Notes under the pieces: generated by a model
The model's input: the letters and a program-made list of their open reading frames with translations, nothing else
Told to the model about the DNA's origin: nothing
Databases searched by the model: none
NCBI GenBank assembly: GCA_009838525.1
Contig: VXRJ01000019.1
Location: 9,932-73,931 of the forward strand
DNA length: 64,000 bases
Source of the DNA: Acidobacteriota bacterium
GTDB taxonomy: Bacteria > Acidobacteriota > Vicinamibacteria > Vicinamibacterales > UBA8438
Direction: 5' to 3'
In this document: positions 52,692 to 61,347 of the stretch, in pieces
How positions within the stretch are numbered: position 1 is the stretch's first letter
Layout of the letters: each line of letters opens with the position of its first letter
Position numbers and translations under genes: made by a program

Positions 52692-53117
52692 CTACCCCAG
52701 GCTGGCCAGGAACGCGTCGATCCCCGCCTGCGCCACCACCTCGTCCTGGTCCGGCGTGCCGGAACTGCAGCCAACGCCACCCACGATCTGATCGTCGACG
52801 AAAAGCGGCAGCCCGCCCGCCACGATCATGAATCGCCCCTGGTTGCTGACGTGGATGCCGAACGCCGGCCCACCCGGGCCGCTCACCTCGCCGTATGCAC
52901 GGGTCGATCGCCGTGCCGCCGCCGCCGTGAACGACTTGCTGATCGCCACGTCGATGCTGGTGATGCGCCCGTTGTCCATCCGGTGGAACATCAGCAGGCT
53001 GCCGTTGTCGTCCGTAATCGCGATATCCATGTCGACGCCGATTTCGCGCGCCTTCGCCTCCGCCCCGTCCATGATGATGCGCGCGTCGTCGAGCGTCAGC
53101 TTCTGTACCGTCTTCAT
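52692..53117 (-). CDS. GlcG/HbpS-like (DUF336) haem-degrading/haem-binding family protein
   Basis: Start MKTVQKLTLDDARIIMDGAEAKAREIGV with AAGGAG SD. ...AISKSFTAAA...GGLPLFVDDQIVGGVGCSSGTPDQDE. Confidence 0.85.
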   Translation of the reverse strand: MKTVQKLTLDDARIIMDGAEAKAREIGVDMDIAITDDNGSLLMFHRMDNGRITSIDVAISKSFTAAAARRSTRAYGEVSGPGGPAFGIHVSNQGRFMIVAGGLPLFVDDQIVGGVGCSSGTPDQDEVVAQAGIDAFLASLG

Positions 53118-53221
53118 TCCTGCTCCTTCCGTTGCCGCGGCCGCCCGGTCTTCCGCCGGTCGCGCCCCGAGCATAGCACCGCCACCACTCCTGATACAGT
53201 GTCGGGAATCAGGAGGATCCG

Positions 53222-54880
53222 ATGCGCCAACAGCCCCGGATGTTCGCTGCCCTCGCCGCTATTCTGATAGCCGCAGGCGGCCTTGCCGTGACCAACACCA
53301 CGGCCCAGGAATTCGCCCCCGGCTTCGTGGACCCCGAACCCATCCTCCGCGCCGCGCGCGAGGCGATCGGAACGGACAACGTCCGTTGCGTGACCATCGC
53401 CGGCACGGTCGACTACGGCGGCATGGTGGGTCAGCAGCGGCACCATGGCTACGAAGTGGACTGGCCCCGCATGGGCCCGTGGCCAAACTACGTGCGGACC
53501 ATGAACTGGGACGCCGGCACCCTGACCGAGGCGTTCGACCGCGAACCGGGGTTCGCTCCGGCATCGTGGCGGTGGGGCCTCGGCTGGCTGGGTGGCACCC
53601 CGATTCAGCAGGAAACGCGCCAGCACTTCGACGTCAACGGCATGCACGGCTGGGCACGCGACGGCACCGATGGAGAGCCGGTCGCCGCCCTCCCGGAGGA
53701 CGCCGAGCGCTGGCAGCTCGACATGTGGATCAACCCCCACGGCTTCCTGAAGGCGGCGCAGAAGCCGGGGGCGAACCCGCATGCCACGTGGCGTTGGGAG
53801 CTCGGGGAGATGGGACGCGACGGCGTCACGGTGCGGCCCGAGAAGATGTGGATCGTCTCGATCACGGTGATGGACAAATACCGCGTCGACGCCACCATCA
53901 ACAGCGAGAACCTGTTGCAGCGGATTCACACCTGGGTGGGCGATCCGGTGCTCGGCAACATGAATTACGAACACGAGTTCACCAACGCCAGCTATATTGA
54001 CGTCGGAGACGGGATCCGGTTTCCCACCGGCTGGCATCACCACCAGGGGTGGGACGACAACTTCCAGACGCAGAGCGTCAACGCCGGTCATAACGCGTTC
54101 AACGCCACTCTGGCGGACATCACCGTGAACGGCGATGACTGCATGGCCCCGGTCGAGGTGCCCTCCCCGGTGCGGGACGCCACCTTCCCGATGACGGTCG
54201 AGACCGACGAGCTAGCCGAAGGCGTCTGGCTGATGGGCGGCGGCTCGCACAACAGCGTGGCGGTGGAGTTCGACGACTTCATTGCGGTAGTGGAGGCTCC
54301 GGTCAGCGAGGCACGCAGCCTCGCAGTGATCGAGGAGGTCGTCCGCCTCGTGCCGGACAAGCCAATCCGCTTCCTCGTCAACACGCACCAGCACCACGAC
54401 AGCATCGGCGGACTGCGCACCTACATGCACATCGGGGCAACTATCGTCACGCACTGGCAGAACCACGAGTTCTATACCCGCGACGTGCTCAACTACGCCC
54501 CGCGGACGCTGCTGCCTGACATGGTGTCGCTCTGGCCGCCCACCGAGCTGGCCGAGGGCTACCAGTACGAAGTGATCCGGGAGAACTACTGGCTGACCGA
54601 CAAGTCAGGCTCCCAGCGCATGCACATCAGCTACGTCCATCCGCTCCGCCACGTGGAGGGGATGCTGATGGCGTACCTGCCGGACGAGCGGATCCTGATC
54701 GAGGCGGACATCTACAATCCGCCGCGCCCCGGCGCGCCCGGCGCGCGAGAACCGAACGCCGATCACCGCAGCCTGTTCCGGCAGGTCGAGAGGTTCGGCT
54801 TCGACGTCGAAACGATCGTTCCAATCCACGGAGATCCCGTCCCGTGGAGCCAGTTCGAGTCCTTCGTCGGGGCGCGCTAG
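53222..54880 (+). CDS. Secreted two-domain protein with C-terminal MBL fold (degenerate metal motif)
   Basis: 552 aa with AGGAGG SD and signal peptide. The motif reads THQHHDS instead of HxHxDH. Confidence 0.8.
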   Translation: MRQQPRMFAALAAILIAAGGLAVTNTTAQEFAPGFVDPEPILRAAREAIGTDNVRCVTIAGTVDYGGMVGQQRHHGYEVDWPRMGPWPNYVRTMNWDAGTLTEAFDREPGFAPASWRWGLGWLGGTPIQQETRQHFDVNGMHGWARDGTDGEPVAALPEDAERWQLDMWINPHGFLKAAQKPGANPHATWRWELGEMGRDGVTVRPEKMWIVSITVMDKYRVDATINSENLLQRIHTWVGDPVLGNMNYEHEFTNASYIDVGDGIRFPTGWHHHQGWDDNFQTQSVNAGHNAFNATLADITVNGDDCMAPVEVPSPVRDATFPMTVETDELAEGVWLMGGGSHNSVAVEFDDFIAVVEAPVSEARSLAVIEEVVRLVPDKPIRFLVNTHQHHDSIGGLRTYMHIGATIVTHWQNHEFYTRDVLNYAPRTLLPDMVSLWPPTELAEGYQYEVIRENYWLTDKSGSQRMHISYVHPLRHVEGMLMAYLPDERILIEADIYNPPRPGAPGAREPNADHRSLFRQVERFGFDVETIVPIHGDPVPWSQFESFVGAR

Positions 54881-54890
54881 CGCCAGACCG

Positions 54891-55928
54891 CTAGCGGCGC
54901 GTGCCGGTGATGTCGGTCCGGATGCGGAAGAGCGTCTTACCCGACGTGACGTAGAGAGTGCGAAGGTCGTCGCCGCCGAATGCGGCGTTCGTGATCGTGT
55001 CCTCCGGGATCGGGATGTGCTCCATCAGCTCTCCCGACGGCGAGAAAACGTGGATGCCGGCGACCGTGTCCAGCGTCTCGCTGGTCCCGCGCAGGCGGTT
55101 GAGTCCGGCGGCCACGTAGAGGTTCCCCTCGCTGTCGATGGTCATGCCGTCACCGCTCCGCCCGGGGTAGAAGTCGTGGAAAACCCGGCTGTTGCTCGCC
55201 GTGCCGTCGGGGGCCAGATCGAAGGCGCGGATCATGCGCGCGCCTCCTTCCTGCTGCTCGGTTTCGATGACGTATAGCGTGGTGTCGTCAGGAGAGATGA
55301 CGATGCCGTTCGGGCGAAGCACCTCCGGCTCGGTCAGGATGCGGGCGACGGTGCCGTCGGGATCGATCCGGTAGACGCCGTGCACGTTCGTCTTGTCCGG
55401 ATCGGGCGGCACGCCCAGGTCGGGACGGTCGGTAAAGTAGACGCGCCCCTGGCCGTCGATCGTCAGGTCGTTCGGCCGGTGCAGTCCCAGGCCTTCGAAC
55501 GCGTCGGCCAGCACCTCGATCTCGCCGGTGTCGATCGTGGTCCGGCTGATGCGGGGCGGGATGTCCGCCCCGTTACCCGCCTCGGCGGCCAGCAAACGCC
55601 ACTCACCATCGAAGATGAGGCCGTTGGCGCCGTTGCTCGGCTCGCGGAAGGTCGTAACCGTCCCGTCCGGGTCCATTCTCAGAATCCGGCTGTTGACGCG
55701 GAGGTCGGTGAAGTAGACCGCCCCCGCCTCGTCGACCGTCGGGCCCTCGGTGAACGAGATCGCCGCGGCGGCCTCGACCGCGCGCGAAGATGAGACGGCA
55801 GGTTCGTCGGCCGGCGCCGGTTCGGCTGGCGACGGGGCCTCCGCCGCCCCGCAACCGGCCAGCATTACGGCCGCCACCGATGCTAGAGCCAGTCCTTGAA
55901 CTGGCACGTTCAGGTGCATTGAGGTCAT
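54891..55928 (-). CDS. SMP-30/gluconolactonase/LRE-family beta-propeller lipoprotein
   Basis: Start MTSMHLNVPVQGLALASVAAVMLAGC with GGGAGAGGA SD. EGPTVDEAGAVYFTD...PNDLTIDGQGRVYFTD...PNGIVISPD...GDGMTIDSEGNLYVA. Confidence 0.85.
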   Translation of the reverse strand: MTSMHLNVPVQGLALASVAAVMLAGCGAAEAPSPAEPAPADEPAVSSSRAVEAAAAISFTEGPTVDEAGAVYFTDLRVNSRILRMDPDGTVTTFREPSNGANGLIFDGEWRLLAAEAGNGADIPPRISRTTIDTGEIEVLADAFEGLGLHRPNDLTIDGQGRVYFTDRPDLGVPPDPDKTNVHGVYRIDPDGTVARILTEPEVLRPNGIVISPDDTTLYVIETEQQEGGARMIRAFDLAPDGTASNSRVFHDFYPGRSGDGMTIDSEGNLYVAAGLNRLRGTSETLDTVAGIHVFSPSGELMEHIPIPEDTITNAAFGGDDLRTLYVTSGKTLFRIRTDITGTRR

Positions 55929-55971
55929 CGCGTCCTCTCCCGCGCCGGCACTTCTACCGCCGGCAATCCGA

Positions 55972-56376
55972 TCACCAGTCCCACGCCGCCGCGTTCTCGT
56001 CCCAGAGCGCGTAACACTCCTGCGCGATGCCCGCCTCCAGGAATGCATTGGGCAACCGTGAGATCGTACCGATCGGTTCGATCAACTGCCCGTCCGCATA
56101 CCACGAGGCGCTGATCGCCCCCTGCACCGGCGCGCCACCCGGCCGGGCGATGGAAGCGAAATCGATCGTGACCCGCCACGACACGTCGTCGCCATCGGCG
56201 CGCCGCTCGATGAAGCGGATCGCGTCCCCTTCCCGTTCGAGTCCGTCTACCGAGCCGACGCCCTCGATCTGCTCGACAAACGAGGTCTTCAGGTTGTCCT
56301 CACCCGGCTCGACCGCGCAGGCGACAACCAAGGACAGGACGGCAAGAAGCGGAACGGTCGGCTGTAGCAATCGCAT
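55972..56376 (-). CDS. Hypothetical lipoprotein (134 aa)
   Basis: MRLLQPTVPLLAVLSLVVAC lipobox. No family recognised. Confidence 0.6.
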   Translation of the reverse strand: MRLLQPTVPLLAVLSLVVACAVEPGEDNLKTSFVEQIEGVGSVDGLEREGDAIRFIERRADGDDVSWRVTIDFASIARPGGAPVQGAISASWYADGQLIEPIGTISRLPNAFLEAGIAQECYALWDENAAAWDW

Positions 56377-56432
56377 GGGTCAGTCCAGGGTCCGCTCGTC
56401 CATCAGCCGGGCGGTCGCGATGTTCCACCCTC

Positions 56433-57539
56433 TCATACGATTCCCCCCGACAGAAAGACCCGTTCCACGAACCAAAAGGCGCCGGCCAGGGCAACCGCGA
56501 CGGATCCGGCCACCATCAGGCGCCGGCCCGCGATCGGACTGCGCGCCCGGATCGCCCCCAGGAGCGCGGCAACCACGACGACGATCGTGAGCTGCCCTAC
56601 CTCCACGCCAAGATTAAACGAAAAGAGCGACCAGCCGATCGCACCGGTCGGCAACCCCATCTCCCGCAGGACGCTCGCGAATCCGAAGCCGTGGATCAGG
56701 CCGAACACCAGGGCGATCCAGACCCGCATGTCCTTCCCGCCGCGCGACAGCAGGTTGTCCAGGCCGACGTAGACGATGCTGAGCGCAATGATGGGCTCGA
56801 CCATCCGGGCCGAGGGCGTCATGATCTCGAGCACGGCGAGGGTCAGCGTGACCGAGTGCGCGATCGTGAACGCGGTCACGACGAGCACGAGCTGTCGTAC
56901 CCGGCCGCCCAGCAGCAGGAGGCCGATCAGGAAGAGGATGTGGTCCGGGCCAATCAGGATGTGGTGAACGCCTGACGGCACGAAGCGCTGCATGACCGCC
57001 CAGACGCCCTGGCGCGTCCCCGTGAAGTACTCGTAGCTGGTGTCTTCCCCGCCCAAGATCGCCTGCGTCATCAGCTCGGCGTCCTCGTACACGTTCAGAA
57101 ACGTCTGGTGATTGGGGTCGTACGGGAACAACTGCGTCGAAACCTCGACCGAACCGGGCCGGTCGTCGAGCCGGTGACGGGCGCGGAGACGGACCGATTG
57201 GCGTTCGCGCAGCGGCTCGGGGTCGGACCAGCCGTCCAACGTGATGGGTTGCCCATCCACCAGCATCCGGAGACGCTCGGTGATGATCGCGGCCAGCCGG
57301 TCGCCGCGCGGGCGGAGGATGTCGGGATTGAGCGCGAGCGCCGGATCGTCCAGATCGAACTCGTAAGCGACGTCCCAGACGTGGACCACCACGGTCACGT
57401 CCAGCTCCGGCGCGCCGCCCTCCAGCGACGCCAGTCGGACGTCCACGAAACTGAACGGGGCCGGATGGGCCACCGCACGCCCGGACCCCGCCAACACGAA
57501 GGCGGCAACGAGCAGCACGCAGGGAACCAGTCGCCTCAT
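56433..57539 (-). CDS. HupE/UreJ-family membrane protein, long form with N-terminal periplasmic domain
   Basis: 368 aa. GVHHILIGPDHILFLIGLLLLGG and GLIHGFGFAS motifs in the C-terminal half. Confidence 0.85.
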   Translation of the reverse strand: MRRLVPCVLLVAAFVLAGSGRAVAHPAPFSFVDVRLASLEGGAPELDVTVVVHVWDVAYEFDLDDPALALNPDILRPRGDRLAAIITERLRMLVDGQPITLDGWSDPEPLRERQSVRLRARHRLDDRPGSVEVSTQLFPYDPNHQTFLNVYEDAELMTQAILGGEDTSYEYFTGTRQGVWAVMQRFVPSGVHHILIGPDHILFLIGLLLLGGRVRQLVLVVTAFTIAHSVTLTLAVLEIMTPSARMVEPIIALSIVYVGLDNLLSRGGKDMRVWIALVFGLIHGFGFASVLREMGLPTGAIGWSLFSFNLGVEVGQLTIVVVVAALLGAIRARSPIAGRRLMVAGSVAVALAGAFWFVERVFLSGGIV

Positions 57540-57567
57540 CGGGAGACATGGTAATCGAACGCCGCTC

Positions 57568-57573
57568 TATGAT
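57568..57573 (+). promoter_or_regulatory. -10-like hexamer TATGAT, 8 nt upstream of GTG 57582
   Basis: gctcTATGATggtggaccGTG. Confidence 0.3.
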
Positions 57574-57581
57574 GGTGGACC

Positions 57582-58187
57582 GTGGCGCCCTACCTCGACC
57601 GCCGCCACTGCCTTCACTGGGCAGGAGTCGCCGCGCTTGTTCTTCTGATGGCCCTCGGGCCAGATGCGGCCTCGGCCCAGACGCCCCGTCTGGCCGCCGG
57701 AAACTGGACGCGCAGCCTGGCCGCCGGCTGGGGCCACGGTTGGCGCTACGCAATTCCCGGCTACGGAAAGACCGAGAGCCCCATCCGTTTCGTTGCTCTC
57801 CATCCGCAACTCGGCCGTTTTGTGACCAACCACCTCGAGATCTACGGCGAGGGAACGCTGCTGCTGTACGACCGCCCGGCTACTGCCGTCAGCGCGGGCC
57901 TGGCCGGGCTCGGCGGCCGCTATCACGTCTGGCGTGACCGCCCGTGGACGCCCTACGTCGTCGGAATCGCCGGACTGCTATGGACGTCCCTCGACGTGCC
58001 GGAGGTCGACCGCGTCTTCAACTTCCAGCTCGTCTACGGGGTTGGGGTCCGCACCGTTCCTCCCCGCGGACCCGGCCTTATTCTGGAGTTCCGCAACCAC
58101 CACACTTCGAACGCGGGCACCAGGGGAGAGAACCTCGGTCTAAACGCGGCAACGGTCATCGCCGGCGTCCACTGGGTCTTGCGCTAA
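57582..58187 (+). CDS. Acyloxyacyl hydrolase / lipid A 3-O-deacylase (PagL)-like outer-membrane protein
   Basis: 201 aa with signal peptide. C-terminal FRNHHTSNAG...NLGLNAATVIAGVHW has the HxSN catalytic-type motif. Confidence 0.7.
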   Translation: MAPYLDRRHCLHWAGVAALVLLMALGPDAASAQTPRLAAGNWTRSLAAGWGHGWRYAIPGYGKTESPIRFVALHPQLGRFVTNHLEIYGEGTLLLYDRPATAVSAGLAGLGGRYHVWRDRPWTPYVVGIAGLLWTSLDVPEVDRVFNFQLVYGVGVRTVPPRGPGLILEFRNHHTSNAGTRGENLGLNAATVIAGVHWVLR

Positions 58188-58247
58188 TACCGCAACACCA
58201 CCCCATGACGTAGTGCCCCCGTTGTCCCAGGGGAAGCGACCTGGCGT

Positions 58248-60875
58248 TCACCGAGGCGTGTCGACGATGCTGGCCGCGCGCAGAAGCCCGTCGGCCGCCT
58301 GCAGCACCTTGGCGCGGAGACGGGGCGGGAGATCCGGGCGGTCGGCCAGGTACTGCTCGACGATGGCGGCCGCGCCCGCCGACTGGTGCCCACCCAGCGT
58401 CGCATCGAGCCAGCGCAGGGGGAAGAAGATATCGCCGGTCCGCTGGATCTCTTCCAGGAGGTCGAGGCTCGGCCGGATGTAGGGTTCCGATTCGCGCGCC
58501 CGCAGCGGGTGATGCAGGAAGCCCAGCGCGGTCAGCACCCAGGGTTCGCGGGCCCGGTTGGCGGGATCGCCAAGCGACTCGAAGAAAGCATCCCGCGCGG
58601 CGCGTTCACCGGACAGCGCCGGCATCACGAACTCGAACGCCGCACGCCGATCCGGATTGTCGATTCCGTCTCGCTCCGCCGCGAGGATCTCGGCGCTGGA
58701 CACCACTCCCCGAACCGCAAGCCCCTGGGCGAGCGCCGTGAAGTCCCGCTCGGCGAGCGGCAGGCCGGGCACTGCTTCCTCTTCCCGCCAGATGCGCTCC
58801 AGACGAGCCACCGCGTCCGCGGAGAGGGCCACGTTGCGGTAGGCGCCGAACCAGGCCGCGGCCAGACTGCGGCTGTCCGCCTCGGTGGTCCCGCGCCACA
58901 GCAGCACCTCGATCTCCGGCGCGAGCGCCGTCCGGCGCTCCGGCGTCAGGTAGCGCCAGTAGGCCGAGGTCAGATAGCCGAGGCCACGTGAGATGTTCTG
59001 CTCGTCGGTCTCCGCCGGCAGCGCGCGACGGGCAAGATCGATCAACGCCTCGGCGTCGACTTCACCCTCCAGAAGCAACTCCCAGAGGGACACCCAACCG
59101 ATGGCCCGTGTCAGCGGGTCGTCGATGCTCGGCAGTTCCGCCAGCAGGTAGTCGCGCGTGCGCGGGTCGAGCGCCATGAGCCCGTAACCGAGGCCGCCGC
59201 CGTTGGCCAGAACGTAGTCGGGAGCCGGACGCCCGACCGCCTCGGCAACAACCGCCTCCGGGTCTCGCAAGTGAACCTCCAGGGTCTCCGGCGGCTCGCC
59301 GGCGTACCCCAGCCGCAGATCCAGTCGCTGGTTCCAGAGACGTCCCGCTTCCGCGGGGTCAGCCTGCTGCACCGCGAGGCGCTCGATTGTCGCCCCGTCG
59401 CTCTCCAGCCGCACGCCGACACGCGGCCGGCCGCTCTCTTCCACCCACGTTCGGCTCCAAGCCGCCAGATCCTCGGCTGTCCGACTGTCCAGTATCGCGA
59501 TCAGGTCGGCCCAGCCTGCGTTGCCATAGGAATGGGCCGCGAGGTACTCGCGCAATCCGTCGCGCAATGCGGTCTCGCCGATCAACCTCTCCAGGTGGGC
59601 AAAGACTATCGGCGCCTTCTGATAGATGATGGCTCCGTAGAGGGTGCCCGCCTCGTTCAGGTTGTCGAGCGGCTGCCGGATGGGGTTGGCCCCGGCGGTG
59701 CGGTCGACGCCGTAGGCCGCCGGATGGTGCGCGAGCAGGAAACGCAGCTCGTGGTTCACGTTCGGGAAGGCGGGATTGACGATCTTCGCCGCCAGGAAGT
59801 TGGCGAAGGTCTCCTTCATCCAGACGTCGCTGAACCAGGTCATGGTGACCAGGTCGCCGAACCACATATGGGCCGTCTCGTGCGCAATCAGGCTGGCCCG
59901 CCCGAGATACGCGTTCTGTGTGGCGCTCTCGTCGAGCAGCATCGCGTCAGCGCGGTAGAAGATGGCGCCGGGGTGTTCCATCCCGCCGTACTGGAAGGCT
60001 GGCACCAGCACGAAATCGAACTTCTCGAACGGGAACGGAATGCCGGTGTACTCTTCCAGCCACGCCAGGGCTGACGCGTGCAGGTCGAAGACGGCGCCGG
60101 CATTGCGCTCGACCCTGTCGAGATCGGTCTCCCGGTGATACATCGCCATCCGCCGGCCGTCGCGCTCGGCTTCCTCCACCTCGAACTCGCCCGCCGCGAA
60201 GGCGAAGAGATAGCTGCTGATCGGGTCGGTTTCGGTGAACGTCAGGAGCGCCCTGTCGCCGCCATCCTCGCGTGAGGCCAGCGATCCGTTGGCCACCGCC
60301 CGCCAACCGGCCGGCACGTCGAGCTGCAGCCGGAACCGCGCCTTCAGGTCGGGCTGATCGAAGAGCGGAAAGGCAACGCGTGCGCGGTCCGGCACGAACA
60401 GGGTGTAGAGAAAGTCGTCCTGGCGGTTGAGCGACCCGTCGCCCGCCGTGAAGTCGACCTCGACGGTGACCGGCCCCGTTCCGCCCGGCACCGGGACGAT
60501 CAGATGCTCATTGCGCAGATCCGGCTCTACCGGCGAGCCTCCGACGCGAACCGCGTGCACGTGCTCCGGCTGCGCTGCGAAATCAAAGACGACGGGCCCG
60601 GTGCCCTCCCAGGTGAACGTCGCCGTCACGTGCCCTTCGATCGCCTCGGAGCGCGACGCCGGCAGGGCGAACCGGACGTCATAACGCAGATCGTGGATGG
60701 CCGCCGCCCGCGCCTCCGCCAGATCGAGCGGCACGCCGGGTTCGATGTCGACCTCCGGCGCCCCTCCCGCACATGCGCACACCACTACGCCGCCCAGCGC
60801 GATCATCCCGGCAACCCGCACCCACCGATAGTAACCGCCAGCGGTTGCAGAAGTCCGATCCGGGCTCGTGCGCAT
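58248..60875 (-). CDS. M1-family aminopeptidase (aminopeptidase N-like), lipoprotein
   Basis: 875 aa. GGMEHPGAIF (GxMEN-like), HETAHMWFGDLVT...WMKETFA (HEXXH-x18-E). Start uncertain: in-frame alternatives at 60821 (GTG) and 60806 (ATG) give shorter signal peptides. Confidence 0.9.
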   Translation of the reverse strand: MRTSPDRTSATAGGYYRWVRVAGMIALGGVVVCACAGGAPEVDIEPGVPLDLAEARAAAIHDLRYDVRFALPASRSEAIEGHVTATFTWEGTGPVVFDFAAQPEHVHAVRVGGSPVEPDLRNEHLIVPVPGGTGPVTVEVDFTAGDGSLNRQDDFLYTLFVPDRARVAFPLFDQPDLKARFRLQLDVPAGWRAVANGSLASREDGGDRALLTFTETDPISSYLFAFAAGEFEVEEAERDGRRMAMYHRETDLDRVERNAGAVFDLHASALAWLEEYTGIPFPFEKFDFVLVPAFQYGGMEHPGAIFYRADAMLLDESATQNAYLGRASLIAHETAHMWFGDLVTMTWFSDVWMKETFANFLAAKIVNPAFPNVNHELRFLLAHHPAAYGVDRTAGANPIRQPLDNLNEAGTLYGAIIYQKAPIVFAHLERLIGETALRDGLREYLAAHSYGNAGWADLIAILDSRTAEDLAAWSRTWVEESGRPRVGVRLESDGATIERLAVQQADPAEAGRLWNQRLDLRLGYAGEPPETLEVHLRDPEAVVAEAVGRPAPDYVLANGGGLGYGLMALDPRTRDYLLAELPSIDDPLTRAIGWVSLWELLLEGEVDAEALIDLARRALPAETDEQNISRGLGYLTSAYWRYLTPERRTALAPEIEVLLWRGTTEADSRSLAAAWFGAYRNVALSADAVARLERIWREEEAVPGLPLAERDFTALAQGLAVRGVVSSAEILAAERDGIDNPDRRAAFEFVMPALSGERAARDAFFESLGDPANRAREPWVLTALGFLHHPLRARESEPYIRPSLDLLEEIQRTGDIFFPLRWLDATLGGHQSAGAAAIVEQYLADRPDLPPRLRAKVLQAADGLLRAASIVDTPR

Positions 60876-60880
60876 ACGAT
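60875..60880 (+). promoter_or_regulatory. -10-like hexamer TACGAT, 6 nt upstream of GTG 60887
   Basis: gcaTACGATaccgacGTG. Confidence 0.3.
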
Positions 60881-60886
60881 ACCGAC

Positions 60887-61339
60887 GTGGAACTCGCCCA
60901 GACGAATCTGGCGTGGATGCGGTATCCCCTCGAAGACCCGCGGATGGCGCCGATGCGGGACGAGATCGATCGCATCAACCGGATCGGCGACGACTCGCCC
61001 GGCTTCGTCTGGCGGTTTCAGACCGAGGCGGGAGACGCGACCGGCGTGCGCGTCCTCGATGACCCGAGGGTCCTCTTCAACCTGTCGATCTGGCGATCCG
61101 TCGCGGACCTGCGACGCTACGTTTATCAGACGGAGCATGTGGATTTCCTTCGGCGCCGCCGCGAGTGGTTCCTGCCCCCTCCGAAGGCGCCGCTGGCGAT
61201 GTGGTGGATCGCCGACGGCGAACGGCCGACGACCACCGAGGCGATGGCACGGCTCGAACGGCTCTGGCGCGACGGCCCGGCGCCGGACGCGTTCACGTTG
61301 AAGGTCGCGTACGGGGCAGATGGATCCCTGCTTCGGTAG
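60887..61339 (+). CDS. DUF3291-like protein
   Basis: GTG start (V)ELAQTNLAWMRYPLEDPRMAPMRDEIDRINRIGDDSPGFVWR inside track ORF 60773..61339. The pattern matches what I recall of DUF3291. Confidence 0.7.
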   Translation: MELAQTNLAWMRYPLEDPRMAPMRDEIDRINRIGDDSPGFVWRFQTEAGDATGVRVLDDPRVLFNLSIWRSVADLRRYVYQTEHVDFLRRRREWFLPPPKAPLAMWWIADGERPTTTEAMARLERLWRDGPAPDAFTLKVAYGADGSLLR

Positions 61340-61347
61340 GGGCTGCG

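Noticed and set aside
60873-60889. Head-to-head start codons only 11 nt apart (M1 aminopeptidase versus DUF3291-like gene).
   Set aside because: This depends on the longest-ORF start for the aminopeptidase. In-frame alternatives at 60821 (GTG, giving MRVAGMIALGGVVVCAC) and 60806 (ATG) give better lipoprotein signals and a normal 65-80 nt divergent spacer.
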